Assembly (NCBI RefSeq): GCF_000150275.1
Contig: NW_002060945.1
Coordinates: 2,255,172 to 2,319,171 of the forward strand
Direction: 5' to 3'
From: Trichoplax adhaerens
Lineage: Eukaryota; Animalia; Placozoa
Length of the DNA stretch: 64,000 nucleotides
Made by a program: the position numbers and the translations under genes. Each line of letters starts with the position of its first letter. Within the stretch, counting starts at the first letter, position 1. Below the pieces are notes generated by a model, which searched no databases, was not told where the DNA came from, and worked only from the letters and a program-made list of their open reading frames with translations. Of this stretch, positions 15,001-25,737 are shown piece by piece.

Positions 15001-18000
15001 ATTATGAGATTATTCTAGCATTAAATTAACCAGAATCTGCCAAATGATTAGAAGAATAAAATGAATCTTTAAAATGTAGTGGAATATCATTTCTAAATTC
15101 CAGCCATGAGTAAAACATGATAAAGTATCCTAAATACCTTATAGCACATTACACTAAACTTTACCTGAAGATATAAAATGATGTCAAAACTATTCCCAAC
15201 TACACTATGTTTATTAAATTGATAAAAATATCCAATTTGTCATTGCTAAATTATTTTGCTGCCAATAGAAGTCTAATAAAATGTCATTTCTAAATTCCAG
15301 CCATGAGTATAATAGGGATGAAGTGTCGGTAAATACTTTACAGTGCAATACACTTGACATGACCCGAAGATATTAAAATGATATCAAAGGTATTCCTATC
15401 TATACTACGGCTATAAAATTGATGGAAATATTTAATGGATCATTGCTGTACTATTTTACTACCGGCACAGAAAAATGGAACAAATTGGTTATTCTCATGA
15501 TTACTATTGATTGTGTGAGATAAGTTAAAGGTACACAGGTAACCTTTAGGGGTATATCTAAACATCTTTTATTTAGGAATGTTAAAACAAAATTGTCTAA
15601 TGATTTCATCAGAGTTAGGTACAAGCATTTGTTTGATTCCAAATTTAGAAATAGTGTTTTTACTTGAACAAATTCTATGGACGAAGGCCTTTAGGCTTTT
15701 TTGCCTTACTAAATTGCGTAATAAAATATTGTTATTAGAAATAAAATAACGGCAATTGGATTAATTTCCATCGAATTGTTCCATCGTCTAGCTACTAATA
15801 ATGAATTTCAAATTCTCTACAGCCGCTATTCATATCTAAAATAAGAACCTCTACCGTAATTATGGCTTGGGGATAGTTTGTCTTAACTCCTTTAAAGCCC
15901 TACATTGGCAATGAGTATTGATATCTGTCTAATCGCATTGGCATCGTTTAAATTGAAGTATATAGTGGGATAGATGATGAAGTGCAAGTAATAAATCTCC
16001 AATAGTAAGAAAAACCAAGCCATGGGGTTATAGTAATAATTTAGTATTGCTTACTTACAAAGATATTGAAAACAACATCGATACTATGTCAAGTAACGCC
16101 TGATAGTAAGCATATTAGAAATAATTTTAATTATTTCGTCTCAGTACTTTCAAAATTTCACGCAGTAACTTAGATTATTCCTACCATATCATGATGACGA
16201 ATATATTGGCCTTACAGCATGCATATTTCTTTGAAAAGAATACGTGACTATTAACGTATAGCTGAGGCAAATTAAATGATTGCTTTGGTTTGAATAGTTT
16301 AGTTTAGCCATTATCGTCTAACAAATTGAATTGAATTGACTTCGAGACAAGAAATAAGGGTTGAATGAAATTTAATTAGGTAACTATATTATCAAATCAA
16401 TATGTTCTTAACAGACAAAATCGTCTACTAATTCAAGAAAAAATCGAATATAATATTTTGCAAGGAAGTAAATAGTCTATTTTTACTTAGTATTATCAAT
16501 CAAGTAAAAACTAAAGCAGTTGGTTAAAGATTGAACTGATGATTACTTAATTATGAATGTTAAACAAAAAAAGTATTAAATATGAAATTAAGAGAAGTTC
16601 TACAATTTTAATAAGGAGTAAGCTGTGTTATTATAAACGCGAAGCATGAGTGAAGATGGTTGCTAATCATGACCAGATACCTACAGTTTTTATAAAACTT
16701 AAACGATTCAATCTTGACTGTTTCAATTCGGTCATAAAGGATTAGCTGAATTAAGCGTAGAAGCTGTTGCTATGGATAAAGTGTCTGGATTAGATAGAAA
16801 CTAGGCGATCAACGTTGTCAAATAGTGTTGAGTTACATCATTTAGTGTAGAAATTCTTTGAATTTAGACTTGTTCATAGTCGAGAAAATCTTTTTGGATA
16901 ATTACAGCTTATCATAATCTGGCATCAATAGCAATCGGGAAAAAATAAATCGATTCAAAAATAATTCTATTCACTGCCCATTAGATTAATTAGTATAAAA
17001 AATAGAAAGATTTCCATTTTATATTCCTTTGAACCCACCCATTAATGAATACTCAAAAATTTAAATGTGATTACGACATAGGAAACTTTTAATTTTGCCA
17101 ACTTGCTTTGCTATCATTTATACAAAAAATTTGATGATTTAGAATAGAGGATTTCAAAAGACTATCTGTATTCAATAAAATTAGGATGTAAAAATCTTGA
17201 TTTTAGCTACATCTGTTGCTAAAATTATTTCATAATAAGAAGCTTTAACCTAGTGGACTTTAAGTGGCCAGCAGTATTTAAATACTGGTAGAAGTTATGG
17301 AAAACTTGATGTTTGCAAGAACCGGATAAAACAAATAGCAGAGTTTTATTTCTGATTTGGCATCTGGCACTGCCGGCACGTACTATATCTTGCTCACGCT
17401 AGACTGTATTTATCTACAGTATAGTATATTTAGAATATGAGGAAATTAGCCAAATTTGTCACTTTAGTGGCTATAAATGAGGCGATAGTATGATTAGAGG
17501 AATTAATAAATTCGATTTCCGTTGCTAATAGTAATCCAATGGAATTAGAAAAGGAATAATCTTCATTTAGATCATTTATGACGGTTATAAATATAGCAGT
17601 AGTATGATTACTAGAGTTAACAAGTTTACTTTCCGTTGAATAATGGTATCCAGTGTAATTAGAATAAGCAAAAATCTTCATTTGGGTCATTTTTTTAACG
17701 GCTATCAATGAGACCATAGTATGATTACTAGAATTAACTAATTCAATTTCCAATGGATAATAGCAATCCAATGGAATTAGAACAGTAAAATTATTTATAT
17801 TGGCAATTTTGTGGCTATCAATGTAGCGCTAGTATTATTATTAGAGGTAAAAAAATATAGTTGCAAGGATAATAGCAATCAGATAGAATTGGAATAGGAA
17901 AAAATCTTCATTAAAGTAGTTTTTATGGCTTTAATTAAGCCAATAGCAGTCGTATTTACAAGTTAGATTCCTTTAGATAATAGTAATCCAATGGAATTGA

Positions 18001-18844
18001 GATGGAAAGCTTTTAATATCGGCAATTTTGGGGCTATGAATGTAGCGATAGTATGATTTAAAGCGAATAATTCCATTTCTAATGGATAATAGGAATCCGA
18101 CGTAATCAGATTTAGAAAAATCTTTATTTAATTAAGAAAATTCGATGTCTGTCATTAAGCCTGTGGGATTATGACTCATTTCTATATTCTGAATTTCGAA
18201 GAGGATTCAAAGTATGGATGATCTCCAAAAAAGAAGTTAGTTATAGCGACTTTTACTGCTATAAAATGATGCGATAGGAGAATTGGTTAAGTCGACAACT
18301 ATGGTGCCTATCCTAATAGTACTTGTAACATTAATAAGGCAGATGAAATTTTCATTATTGCTATTTCTTTTACGAAACCACTCAATATCGATCGAGTAGA
18401 TATCTAATACGATGCAAAAATATCCAAGAAGTAGGGAAATTACAATTCTGGCAACATTGAAAACTATGTAGAAGTGGAAGAGTAACGTAATACCTAGGAT
18501 TCATTTACTGGAATTTCAAGTGAATTAAAATAGAGTCAAAAGGAAGAAAAATTGTTCAGGACGGTAGCAAAAGCGACCATCAACAAGAAACGAAATGATT
18601 TAAATTAGTATTTCAAATTTTTCCGAGAAAAGGAGCGGAGAACATTCCGATCACGTTTTAAAAGAATAATAAAATTTATGCTTGGTCAAAGTCAATGAAA
18701 TGGCAGTTTGATAGACACAGTAAAACATCATAGCTAGGTTAAAAACATAAAAAATCAACCGATACAAAAAAAATTGAACAACTTACCATTCGATTTTAGG
18801 CCTGTTGGAGTGGCAGCATCACTGATAAGTTGATCAACAATCAT
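100..18844 (-). CDS. PDE1: Calcium/calmodulin-dependent 3',5'-cyclic nucleotide phosphodiesterase 1 (multi-exon gene span; ~583 aa)
   Basis: Exons in transcript order: 18844-18787, 9054-8965, 5609-5378, 4208-4077, 3634-3449, 3326-3269, 3094-2975, 2851-2711, 2221-2121, 2006-1925, 1799-1756, 1663-1562, 1282-1153, 1018-937, 299-108. All introns are GT-AG and phase-consistent. Class I PDE motifs: NPYHNVIHATDV, AIHDYEHTGTTNSF, YNDRSVLENHH, VLATDM, HCADISHPAKSW, EFFKQG, SPLCD, SQVGFINFIV. HDYEHTGTTN and DISHPAK are PDE1-typical. The CDS ends either at an in-frame TGA (100-102) or splices at 108 to an exon outside the window. The two most 5' exons are less certain. Confidence 0.93.
108..299 (-). CDS. 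PDE1: PDE1 exon (GFINFIVNPLFDIFGEVIDK...KPWIQSMRDNHEKWLHQCHDCKRS)
   Basis: AG acceptor at 300-301; C-terminal catalytic helices with GFI.FIV.P.F and W...N...W. Confidence 0.92.
937..1018 (-). CDS. PDE1: PDE1 exon (GELEHQLGLPYSPLCDKTTTKIPESQVG)
   Basis: AG acceptor and GTGAGT donor; contains SPLCD and the invariant substrate-binding Gln (SQ). Confidence 0.95.
1153..1282 (-). CDS. PDE1: PDE1 exon (IEKIDRTKVLNYILHCADISHPAKSWELHSRWTNLLMNEFFKQ)
   Basis: Metal-ligand Asp motif H.ADISHP; phases match both neighbours. Confidence 0.95.
1562..1663 (-). CDS. PDE1: PDE1 exon (EIRCMIIDMVLATDMTTHFQQVEFMKRSLLNPKG)
   Basis: VLATDM..HF motif; GT-AG boundaries. Confidence 0.95.
1756..1799 (-). CDS. PDE1: PDE1 44-bp exon (PEHPILKGFSYEQFR)
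   Basis: Phase 0 to phase 2, exactly bridging the flanking exons; resembles the NIL..LS...FR segment of PDEs. Confidence 0.88.
1925..2006 (-). CDS. PDE1: PDE1 exon (SELALMYNDRSVLENHHISCAFRVITQ)
   Basis: YNDRSVLENHH motif. Confidence 0.95.
2121..2221 (-). CDS. PDE1: PDE1 exon (NWLTDLEVFALLLAAAIHDYEHTGTTNSFLVASG)
   Basis: PDEase signature HDxxHxGxxN. Confidence 0.96.
2711..2851 (-). CDS. PDE1: PDE1 exon (ITVSCFDAFLQTVQQGYAKYDNPYHNVIHATDVLQTVYYLTTKTGLL)
   Basis: YHN..HA.DV catalytic motif; 141 bp, phase 0-0. Confidence 0.96.
2975..3094 (-). CDS. PDE1: PDE1 exon (QTDQWTFDNFYLSDITKGQPLRYMGYELFHKNCNLLNKFD)
   Basis: D.W.FD.F start of the catalytic domain; 120 bp, phase 0-0. Confidence 0.93.
3269..3326 (-). 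CDS. PDE1: PDE1 exon (AARNGFSLQYTPEIEALLQ)
   Basis: CAG acceptor and GTAAG donor; phase 2 to 0; resembles the GL.YP..V...LK linker of PDE1. Confidence 0.88.
3449..3634 (-). CDS. PDE1: PDE1 N-terminal regulatory exon (autoinhibitory segment and second CaM-binding region)
   Basis: Overlaps track ORF 3445..3651. KVKEWIDGSI resembles EVRDWLASTF, and RAKFCRLISTVRVSLLVGK resembles KPRFRSIVHAVQAGIFVER. Confidence 0.88.
4077..4208 (-). CDS. PDE1: PDE1 exon, first CaM-binding region (RLRRIIGLIDCGMKLNYKDIRENINYVIDAFDDYVLQRRRFSKIE)
   Basis: Resembles vertebrate RLRSLVKQLERG...DLKKNLEYAA.VLE; phase 2-2. Confidence 0.88.
5378..5609 (-). CDS. PDE1: PDE1 Ser/Thr-rich N-terminal exon (...ELSLDTLPHPESDRAPVEALHR)
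   Basis: 232-bp open frame, CAG acceptor, GTATG donor, phase joins the next exon to give H-R-L-R; elevated GC. Confidence 0.82.
6485..7330. other. Compositionally alien G/T-skewed island in a PDE1 intron (candidate NUMT)
   Basis: T-rich and C-depleted on the + strand (about 1 C against 9-10 G in lines 6541 and 6781); TCGGA/TCCGG hairpin cluster at the left edge. Confidence 0.35.
8965..9054 (-). CDS. PDE1: Probable PDE1 N-terminal exon (HNGHRQSITSQTLLKINGKKIPSSVSARN)
   Basis: Pyrimidine-rich tract plus CAG acceptor, GTAAGT donor, open symmetric phase 1-1 frame; no homology evidence. Confidence 0.62.
15084..15448. repeat. Degenerate tandem duplication, ~197-bp unit x2
   Basis: TCATTTCTAAATTCCAGCCATGAGTA recurs at ~15087 and ~15284, with colinear similarity downstream. 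Confidence 0.85.
17450..18170. repeat. Degenerate tandem array, ~115-bp unit, ~6 copies
   Basis: Recurrent GCTATxAATG...ATAGTATGATT...GATAATAGxAATCCAATGGAATT...AATCTTCATT. Confidence 0.88.
18787..18844 (-). CDS. PDE1: Probable first coding exon of PDE1 (MIVDQLISDAATPTGLKSN)
   Basis: ATG with an upstream in-frame TAA; consensus G|GTAAGT phase-1 donor compatible with the downstream exons. Could instead be an internal exon 18787-18867 using a TAG acceptor. Confidence 0.55.
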
Positions 18845-19659
18845 GGATTTCGATTTTAAACTAGCACCTACAGTGGAAATATTGATTGAGTTATCGATTT
18901 CTTTTTAATTTTATCCGTCTAGATCAATATCATCATCTTCAATGGTGAAAATTATTTTGAATCAATGATGTGTAAAATGGATTTAATGCCTGGTGCGGAT
19001 AGAAAAGATTGATGTTTCAATTTGACTAACCTGGATTAAAATCCATTCATGATCAACCAAGTTGGATGAATCAAGCAGAAAGAAAAGGAGAGCAAGATGA
19101 AGGAGGAGAAGGAGAAGAAAAAAACGAAAAATATTACAGTTTGGTAATTACTAACAACCGTCAAATCATTGACTGTAATACGTATTTTATGTTGTTGAAA
19201 GCTATATATCATCAAAGCAATCCATTTCGATCGTTGCAATTGTTAACATGACAAATACATTATATTGGCCATTATGGCTTAGGTTGGAAAAATTTGTATA
19301 GACATTGATCATCTAGGACAAAAACTTGAATGAATAGCAAATAAAATTATTCAATCAAATGGAAGATGATTACAATAGTATTAAAATCATTTGTTTACCG
19401 AGGTAAAATACCTCTTCAATCTGCTAGATCATGTAAGTGGATCGCTCACTATTAATAGTCATCATTTCTGGTAATCATTTTAACCTAATCTATCATTCAA
19501 TAACTTAATATTATTTCCTTTGACTATTTCCGTTGATGGTCTTGTCTATGGGGGGACATCTTAAACACGATTTTTTCCCCTCTTGTTTTCTTTTCAATAG
19601 GCCGTTACTTATTTGTGTTGGCTGTCTATTCTAGCTGTACTGTAACTAATAAGTCCACT

Positions 19660-20400
19660 GAAGAATAGGCAAGTTATTCATTGCCAATAAATTGTACCAT
19701 TTAAGCTTGAAAAGATACACTAGTACAAAGATCTTTCCAACTCGTTTGAAACCGAACTCTATCCCAACTTAACCGATGCTATAGCTATGAATAGATGGAT
19801 CAAGGCGTAAAATAATTTTATTGAATCAATTACTCATTGCCCCAAAATTGTACAGTTTTGCCTTGACAAGATACACTAGCAAAAAGATCTTTCCAACTTA
19901 TTTGAAATCTGACTATATCCCAACCTAACCAATACTATAGCTATGAATAGATGGACCAGGGGGGCACAATAGTATCATTAAAATAATTATTTATTGCCAA
20001 TTGAAATTGTCCAACTTTGTCTCGAAAGATGCGTCAATAAAAAGATCTTTCTAACTAGTTTGAAATCTAGTTTATTCTAAACAAACCGATGCCATAGCCA
20101 TAGATACCAATAGATGAATCAAAGAACAAAATAATATCATTGAAAAATAGACAAATTAATTATTCATTGCCAATAAATTGTACAATTTAGCCCTAAAAAT
20201 AAGTAGAAAGATCTTAGCGACTAGTTTAAAATCAAGCTGTACTCCAACTCAATCGATACTATAGCTATTAATAGAGGATCAAAAGGCAAAATGACATCAT
20301 TGAAGAATAGGTAAATTAATTATTCACCGCCAATAAATTGTACAATTTTGGCTTGATAAGATGCATCAGTAGAATAATCTTTCTACCTAGTTTGAAATAA
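19660..20400. repeat. Degenerate tandem array, ~155-170-bp unit, ~4.5 copies
   Basis: Recurrent TTATTCATTGCCAATAAATTGTAC...AAAGATCTTTCCAACT...TTTGAAA...CTATAGCTATGAATAGATGGA. Confidence 0.9.
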
Positions 20401-20639
20401 ATTGCAGTATTCTTCAGAATTTCTTATCGTATCCATCGCTTTTTCAACTTAATTGATTAATTGCTTTGTTTATAGTCAAATGTTTAACAAATTATAACGA
20501 ACAAATAAAATTGACTCTAATTCCTTATTCAAACAATGACCAAATTATTCTCAATCTTAATTCAAGAGTTACCATTAACAAGATTGTATAAATGAATAAC
20601 GAGAAATTTACTAATCATATTCCTAGTATCAATAGGGTA

Positions 20640-21280
20640 TTCTGTGTAGCAAACATCATGCAAAATAGGAAACTAGATTGTCAAAAGTTTTAAATCAGCT
20701 AAAATCCTATTTACTACTCCAGTTTAATTGACTCTTTTCCTAACTTAAGTCTGTCTAGCAAAGATCATGTAAATAGGAAACTCTATTGTCAAAAGTTAAA
20801 ATCCGCTAAAATTCGGCTCACTACTCCAATATTCCGGTTAAATCGATTCTTGACCTTGCTCTTAGCTTCGCCTGCGTACTAAAGATTATGTAAAATAGGA
20901 AACTGGATATCAAAGGTTTTAAATACGCTAAAGGCTGATTCAATACTTCAGTTTAACTAACTTTTGCTTTTAGCTTAGTCTGCATAGTGAATGCCACGTA
21001 AAATAGGAAATTCGATCGTCAAATTTTTTAAATCCGCTAAAATCTTATTCACTATTCCAGTTCAATTGGCTCTTGATCGTATTTCTAGCTTAGTCTGTCC
21101 AATGTCCAATGTTCAATAGAGATGTTGTAAAGTATGAAAATCGATTATCGAAGGTTTGGAATTAGCTAAAATACTACTTACTATTCATGTTTAATTGACT
21201 TTTGATCGTATTTCTAGCTTAGTCAGTCCAACAGAGATTTTGTAAATTAGGAAAATCGATTGTCATTGGTTTTAAATCTG
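20640..21280. repeat. Degenerate tandem array, ~110-130-bp unit, ~6 copies
   Basis: Recurrent TGTAAAATAGGAAA...GATTGTCAAA...TTTTAAATCCGCTAAAAT...CAGTTTAATTGACT...AGCTTAGTC. Confidence 0.9.
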
Positions 21281-22789
21281 TGTAAGACAGTGTAATATTG
21301 TATTTTAAGTTGATGATATATTTAGTAATGTCTCCCATAGGTGTTGTATTCAACCTGTGATAGATATTCTCGTTAGAAGCTTAATTATTAAATATAGCTA
21401 GCTTGGTAATTGTAATCCTTTTGAAGAGGAGCGCTACAGTGCTCACACTAGAGCTTCACATGAAAAGTATAAACTATCCTGTGCTTGAGATGGTAATACT
21501 GAAGTGTGTAGTAAGTAAGGTGCTAAGATTGTAAATGCGGAAAAGTATATAAGCGAGTAGTTTAGTATAGTAAGACAATTCTTTCTCGTTAGAGATCCTT
21601 AGCTAATCGATTACGTTGTATCTTCGTAAACGAGGTTTTGCTGAATAAATCTTAATTTTCTAAAGTTTTGAAGATTCTTAATCTATCAACCTCACAATCC
21701 GTTAAATTCATGTTCTTGCTCTAGTTTAATTTACGTAATAAGGTTTCAATAGGATTGGAAAATCGATTGCCAATGGCTATAAATTATTTCAAATCATCCT
21801 TACTCTAGTTTAATTTGTAATACATAGGTATACTGAGAAAGTGGCCAATCAATCACTTTCTGATTGAATTAATGTTTCAATAGGGAATATTCTGCTATAG
21901 CTTTTCCCATCAGTCTGCTTTGTCACCTACAACTATGCAACTTTGATGCTAATATAGATGAAATTTCGAAAAATAATAAAATAAACAAGCTTTCTCTGCC
22001 ATTTTGATAGTAATTTTCAAAATTTGTATTCCACTGTTATAACATGAGTTGCGATTATAAAGCTGAAGGATTGATTCGTGCCAAAGCAAAATTGTTAGGA
22101 GTAAAAATTGAGTAAATCAGAGAAATGAAATTTGTTAAGGATTATTAAAACAATTCATTTCATGATTCTAAGTCCAGCATATTAGTTGCGACTATTAGGA
22201 ATGAGAAAATGGAAAATAAAAAAAGGATAATTTCACGGTCGAATTCATTCTAGAAAAACTATTGTTCTCCCATATCTTTAATCCTTAGATAAATTCGTTA
22301 ATCTATTATCAATTTTAAAACGAACAAGAAAGGTTTCCAGAGATATTCTTATCGAAATTTGATCGGTTACCATTGTGAAAATGAAGTTATAGATTAATGT
22401 CAAAAATCTCTAGTTAGAATCAGAAGGATTATTCTCTATCTCTTCCAATTAGCTCACTAATACAGAATAGAGTCAAGTAAACTAAGAAACCAAAAATTCT
22501 CAATCAACCGGACTGGTATTGCCGTTTTTAACTTGGCTGGCTACCCTTAGTAACATGAAGTCTATGACAAACAAGAAATAAATAATGTTTCCGTCGAGTA
22601 AGTAGCCATTATTTTATATTCTATTTTTTGGCATTAGACTTTCTCATTGTCAGTTCCGTTAACTAGAACCATTCCTTAATTTGGAGTTTAGAGTTTAGGA
22701 ATGAATAGATGATATAAAATTATCCTGCAAATATTTTTAGAAACTTCAACATATCTCAATTGGCTATGAATGGGTAGATAATGAACTAG

Positions 22790-23220
22790 AATAAAAATTT
22801 TCTGATCTAATCAACACTACAATGATAAATAGTTAACATTATTTTCATTTTCAGTTTAATAGGATAATAGACTGTGAATAAGAACTCGATGGACCATGGA
22901 GAGAAGATACAGCTTTCAGTACATTTTCAAACAATTCAAAAATAATTTCTAAAATAGCAAAGAGTGATAAGGTTGAGTAGATCATCAAGTAAAATAACAT
23001 TTTTTCGATCTAATGAACGCTATAATTGCTAGCATTCTACAAAATCGATTTCAGTTTGATTGTAAGGCGACATCATTTGAGGAACTAGGACTGAAGAAAC
23101 CATTCACCAGAGTAAAGATCTAACTTTAACCTCGTTTAAGCTATTATCATGGACTAGAAGATTAAATGTGCTAATAACTATCTGATGTAATCAAGATTTC
23201 AATAGCTAGCATATCCGAAT
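22790..23220. repeat. Highly degenerate tandem duplication, ~200-bp unit
   Basis: GATCTAATxAACxCTAxAAT...TTTCAGTTT...GAACT...AAGAT..A.CTTT repeated at ~22804 and ~23007. Confidence 0.5.
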
Positions 23221-23585
23221 AGCTTCATAGATCATAAAGAATAGAACGACTTTCTGTCATTTTCAATATCTGGCAATTACCTAATTAAATCCCACAGATT
23301 GGATGAGGGTTAGTTGAAAAATAGTTTTTTAGATCCAGTCTTTGCTTTCGAACAAAAGCATAAACGGATCAAATTTTTAATGCGATATCTAATCATCTAG
23401 ATAGCTATCATAAATCTAATTCTATAGTACTTGTGGCGTCAAGTTACTTCTAAAGCGCAAAGAACTTGATAATCAAGCTTAGTATAGTTAAGAATTCACT
23501 TCTTATATAAAATGATTAAAATCTTAAATAGGATCAAATCATTATACGGCACTAAAGTTGCTATATCAAGCCTTCAAAATTAAAT

Positions 23586-23785
23586 AATGCCATAATAAAA
23601 TTTAAAATCCTTCTAAATGGATATCACTAATCAAGTTATACCTACGGTATGTCTGTGAGCGATATAATATTAATTTTTATGACGGAATCAATTTACTTTA
23701 GTAATGCCATGATAAAATTCAAATCCTTCTAATTTGTAATCATCAATCAAGCTATACTTACGGTATATCTGTGATTGATATAATA
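23586..23785. repeat. Tandem duplication, ~116-bp spacing x2
   Basis: TAATGCCATxATAAAATT...ATCCTTCTAA...ATCAAGxTATACxTACGGTATxTCTGTGA occurs twice. Confidence 0.85.
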
Positions 23786-25237
23786 GATAAGATGGATTCT
23801 ATGTCGCTTCGGTTCAAATTTATACTTGAAAAAGTTTAACATGAATATTCGAATTCTATTCCATAAATTTTTAGTCCTTGATAGGCCTTATCTACGCCTG
23901 AGATTTAACCATTTAGATCAGAGCAGGATTGGATCGCACTAGTCGCTACGATGACATTGATAACAATTTTTTAGCACACATGGCCTAATTAGCCATGTCT
24001 GCACCTAAGATAAGATTTTAGTCTAAGATTTGCATGATATCTGACCGATATTATAGCAATCGCTAGAATGAGTGACATAGTCTAAGTATAGCAATTCTAG
24101 GGTGATTGTCTAAAATGTTTGTTTAGTGATATGCCCAATATTTGATTATAAAGATTGCTATATTTGATTGTGTTAATAACTATACTTGATATAGTTAGGC
24201 TACTAACAATAGATATTATCGTGAAGCTAATATTAGATGATTGATAACTACTGTATCAGAAATTATTAATGACTAATGCTAGGCAGTTGACTAATTACAA
24301 TACAAGTTATATGTGACATGATATACTGTAATTGTGAAGATGCCCAATACCGAAATGTGCTGGACATTAATAGAAGAATGGCGATATCTTAAGTAGAATG
24401 ATTCAGACTATAGAGGATAATGTTGTTCTATTTGAGAAAAAGTATTCTGTTTGATAAGTAAAATCTGATTGTAGATTAATTGTAATAAATGGATTTAGCG
24501 AAATGTATTTAAGAACTGCGGAAATAAGCTCACATAGAGAGAAGAGACTTCACTTCGCTTAGAGCTCGGAATACTTTAGATTTTAGACTAGATTCTCGTA
24601 GTAATTAATTATTGCTCTACTATTCTTAAAACCTTATAATAAAAACCTTTCAGAAAAGACCATTTAACTAAGACAATTATTGTGAGATACTTTTATTACA
24701 ATTTTTAATTGATTCGCCCGATAAGATTAGGTTATATAAATTATTTCAGTCAGTATAATACCGTATATATAGTAAAGAAGAGTTTTAATGGTATTCTAGA
24801 ATTTATTAAAACTGGTTTCGTTTGATTAGATATACCAGCATCTGAGATAGAAATTATTTATTCATCGAATCGGACAGCTGATAAGATCAACTATCGTTAA
24901 ACTATATCGAGGTATAATCCAATATCTTTGTAAAGTATTGAAAATAGTTGCTGTACTTGTGCATACCCTATCATATATACCAATACTATATGGCGAGATT
25001 TAACCTCAACAGAATTGATTAAGAACGTGTTTTCAAACTGTAATGCTAGGATTTTGCAACCCCTTAGGTTCGCAATCGTCTAACTCAAAATCTGAGTTTT
25101 TAAAATTGAGCAAATCTCTAACGTGACACAAGATCACTTCAACTACTACTGTAATTAGCTGAAATTACTATATAGACATAAAAAAATCTTCGTAGAGATA
25201 TCAATTTTTAAATTATTGGCACTATAGGCTACTGATG

Positions 25238-25737
25238 ACGATAAAGTCAATTTCATCTAACTTATTTTGATATAATTTTACGGCTATTTGTATCTGATGT
25301 TTTAATATCTACAATATGTGTTTATAGAATTGGAATTATAGAATTGGAATTAAAGCTTATTATAAGGCATTTAATATTTATATTTAATAAAGAAAGTCAA
25401 GCTATGTCATTCGAGTATAATAAAAAAATAATAATATCTGTTGGATAATATTGTTACACGGAAAGTAAGATAAAAATTGTACTTTTAATTAGTTATATTA
25501 CTCACGATAAAGTCAATTTCGTTCATCCTATTTTACATAATTTTTACGACTAATTATGTCATGTAGTTTAATTCCCGCAATGTCTATGAACAGATGTAAA
25601 ATTAGGATTGAAACGTTTTGTATTATGTTGTATGAATTGCATATAAAGGAAATAAAATTATATCGTCCACTTAAATGAAAAAAGTAATAAGATCTGTTGA
25701 ATAATATTGCAGCGTGGAGAGTGATTTAAAAATTGTT
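25238..25737. repeat. Degenerate tandem duplication, ~267-bp unit x2
   Basis: ACGATAAAGTCAATTTC at ~25238 and ~25505; TAATAAxATCTGTTGxATAATATTG occurs twice. Confidence 0.8.

Noticed and set aside
17430-17771. 113-aa ORF with repeated NSSNHT
   Set aside because: Arises from the ~115-bp non-coding tandem array; the frame breaks in neighbouring copies.
19036-19251. Overlapping ORFs at a GA-rich tract
   Set aside because: Low-complexity purine/pyrimidine tract, more likely PDE1 5'UTR or promoter sequence.
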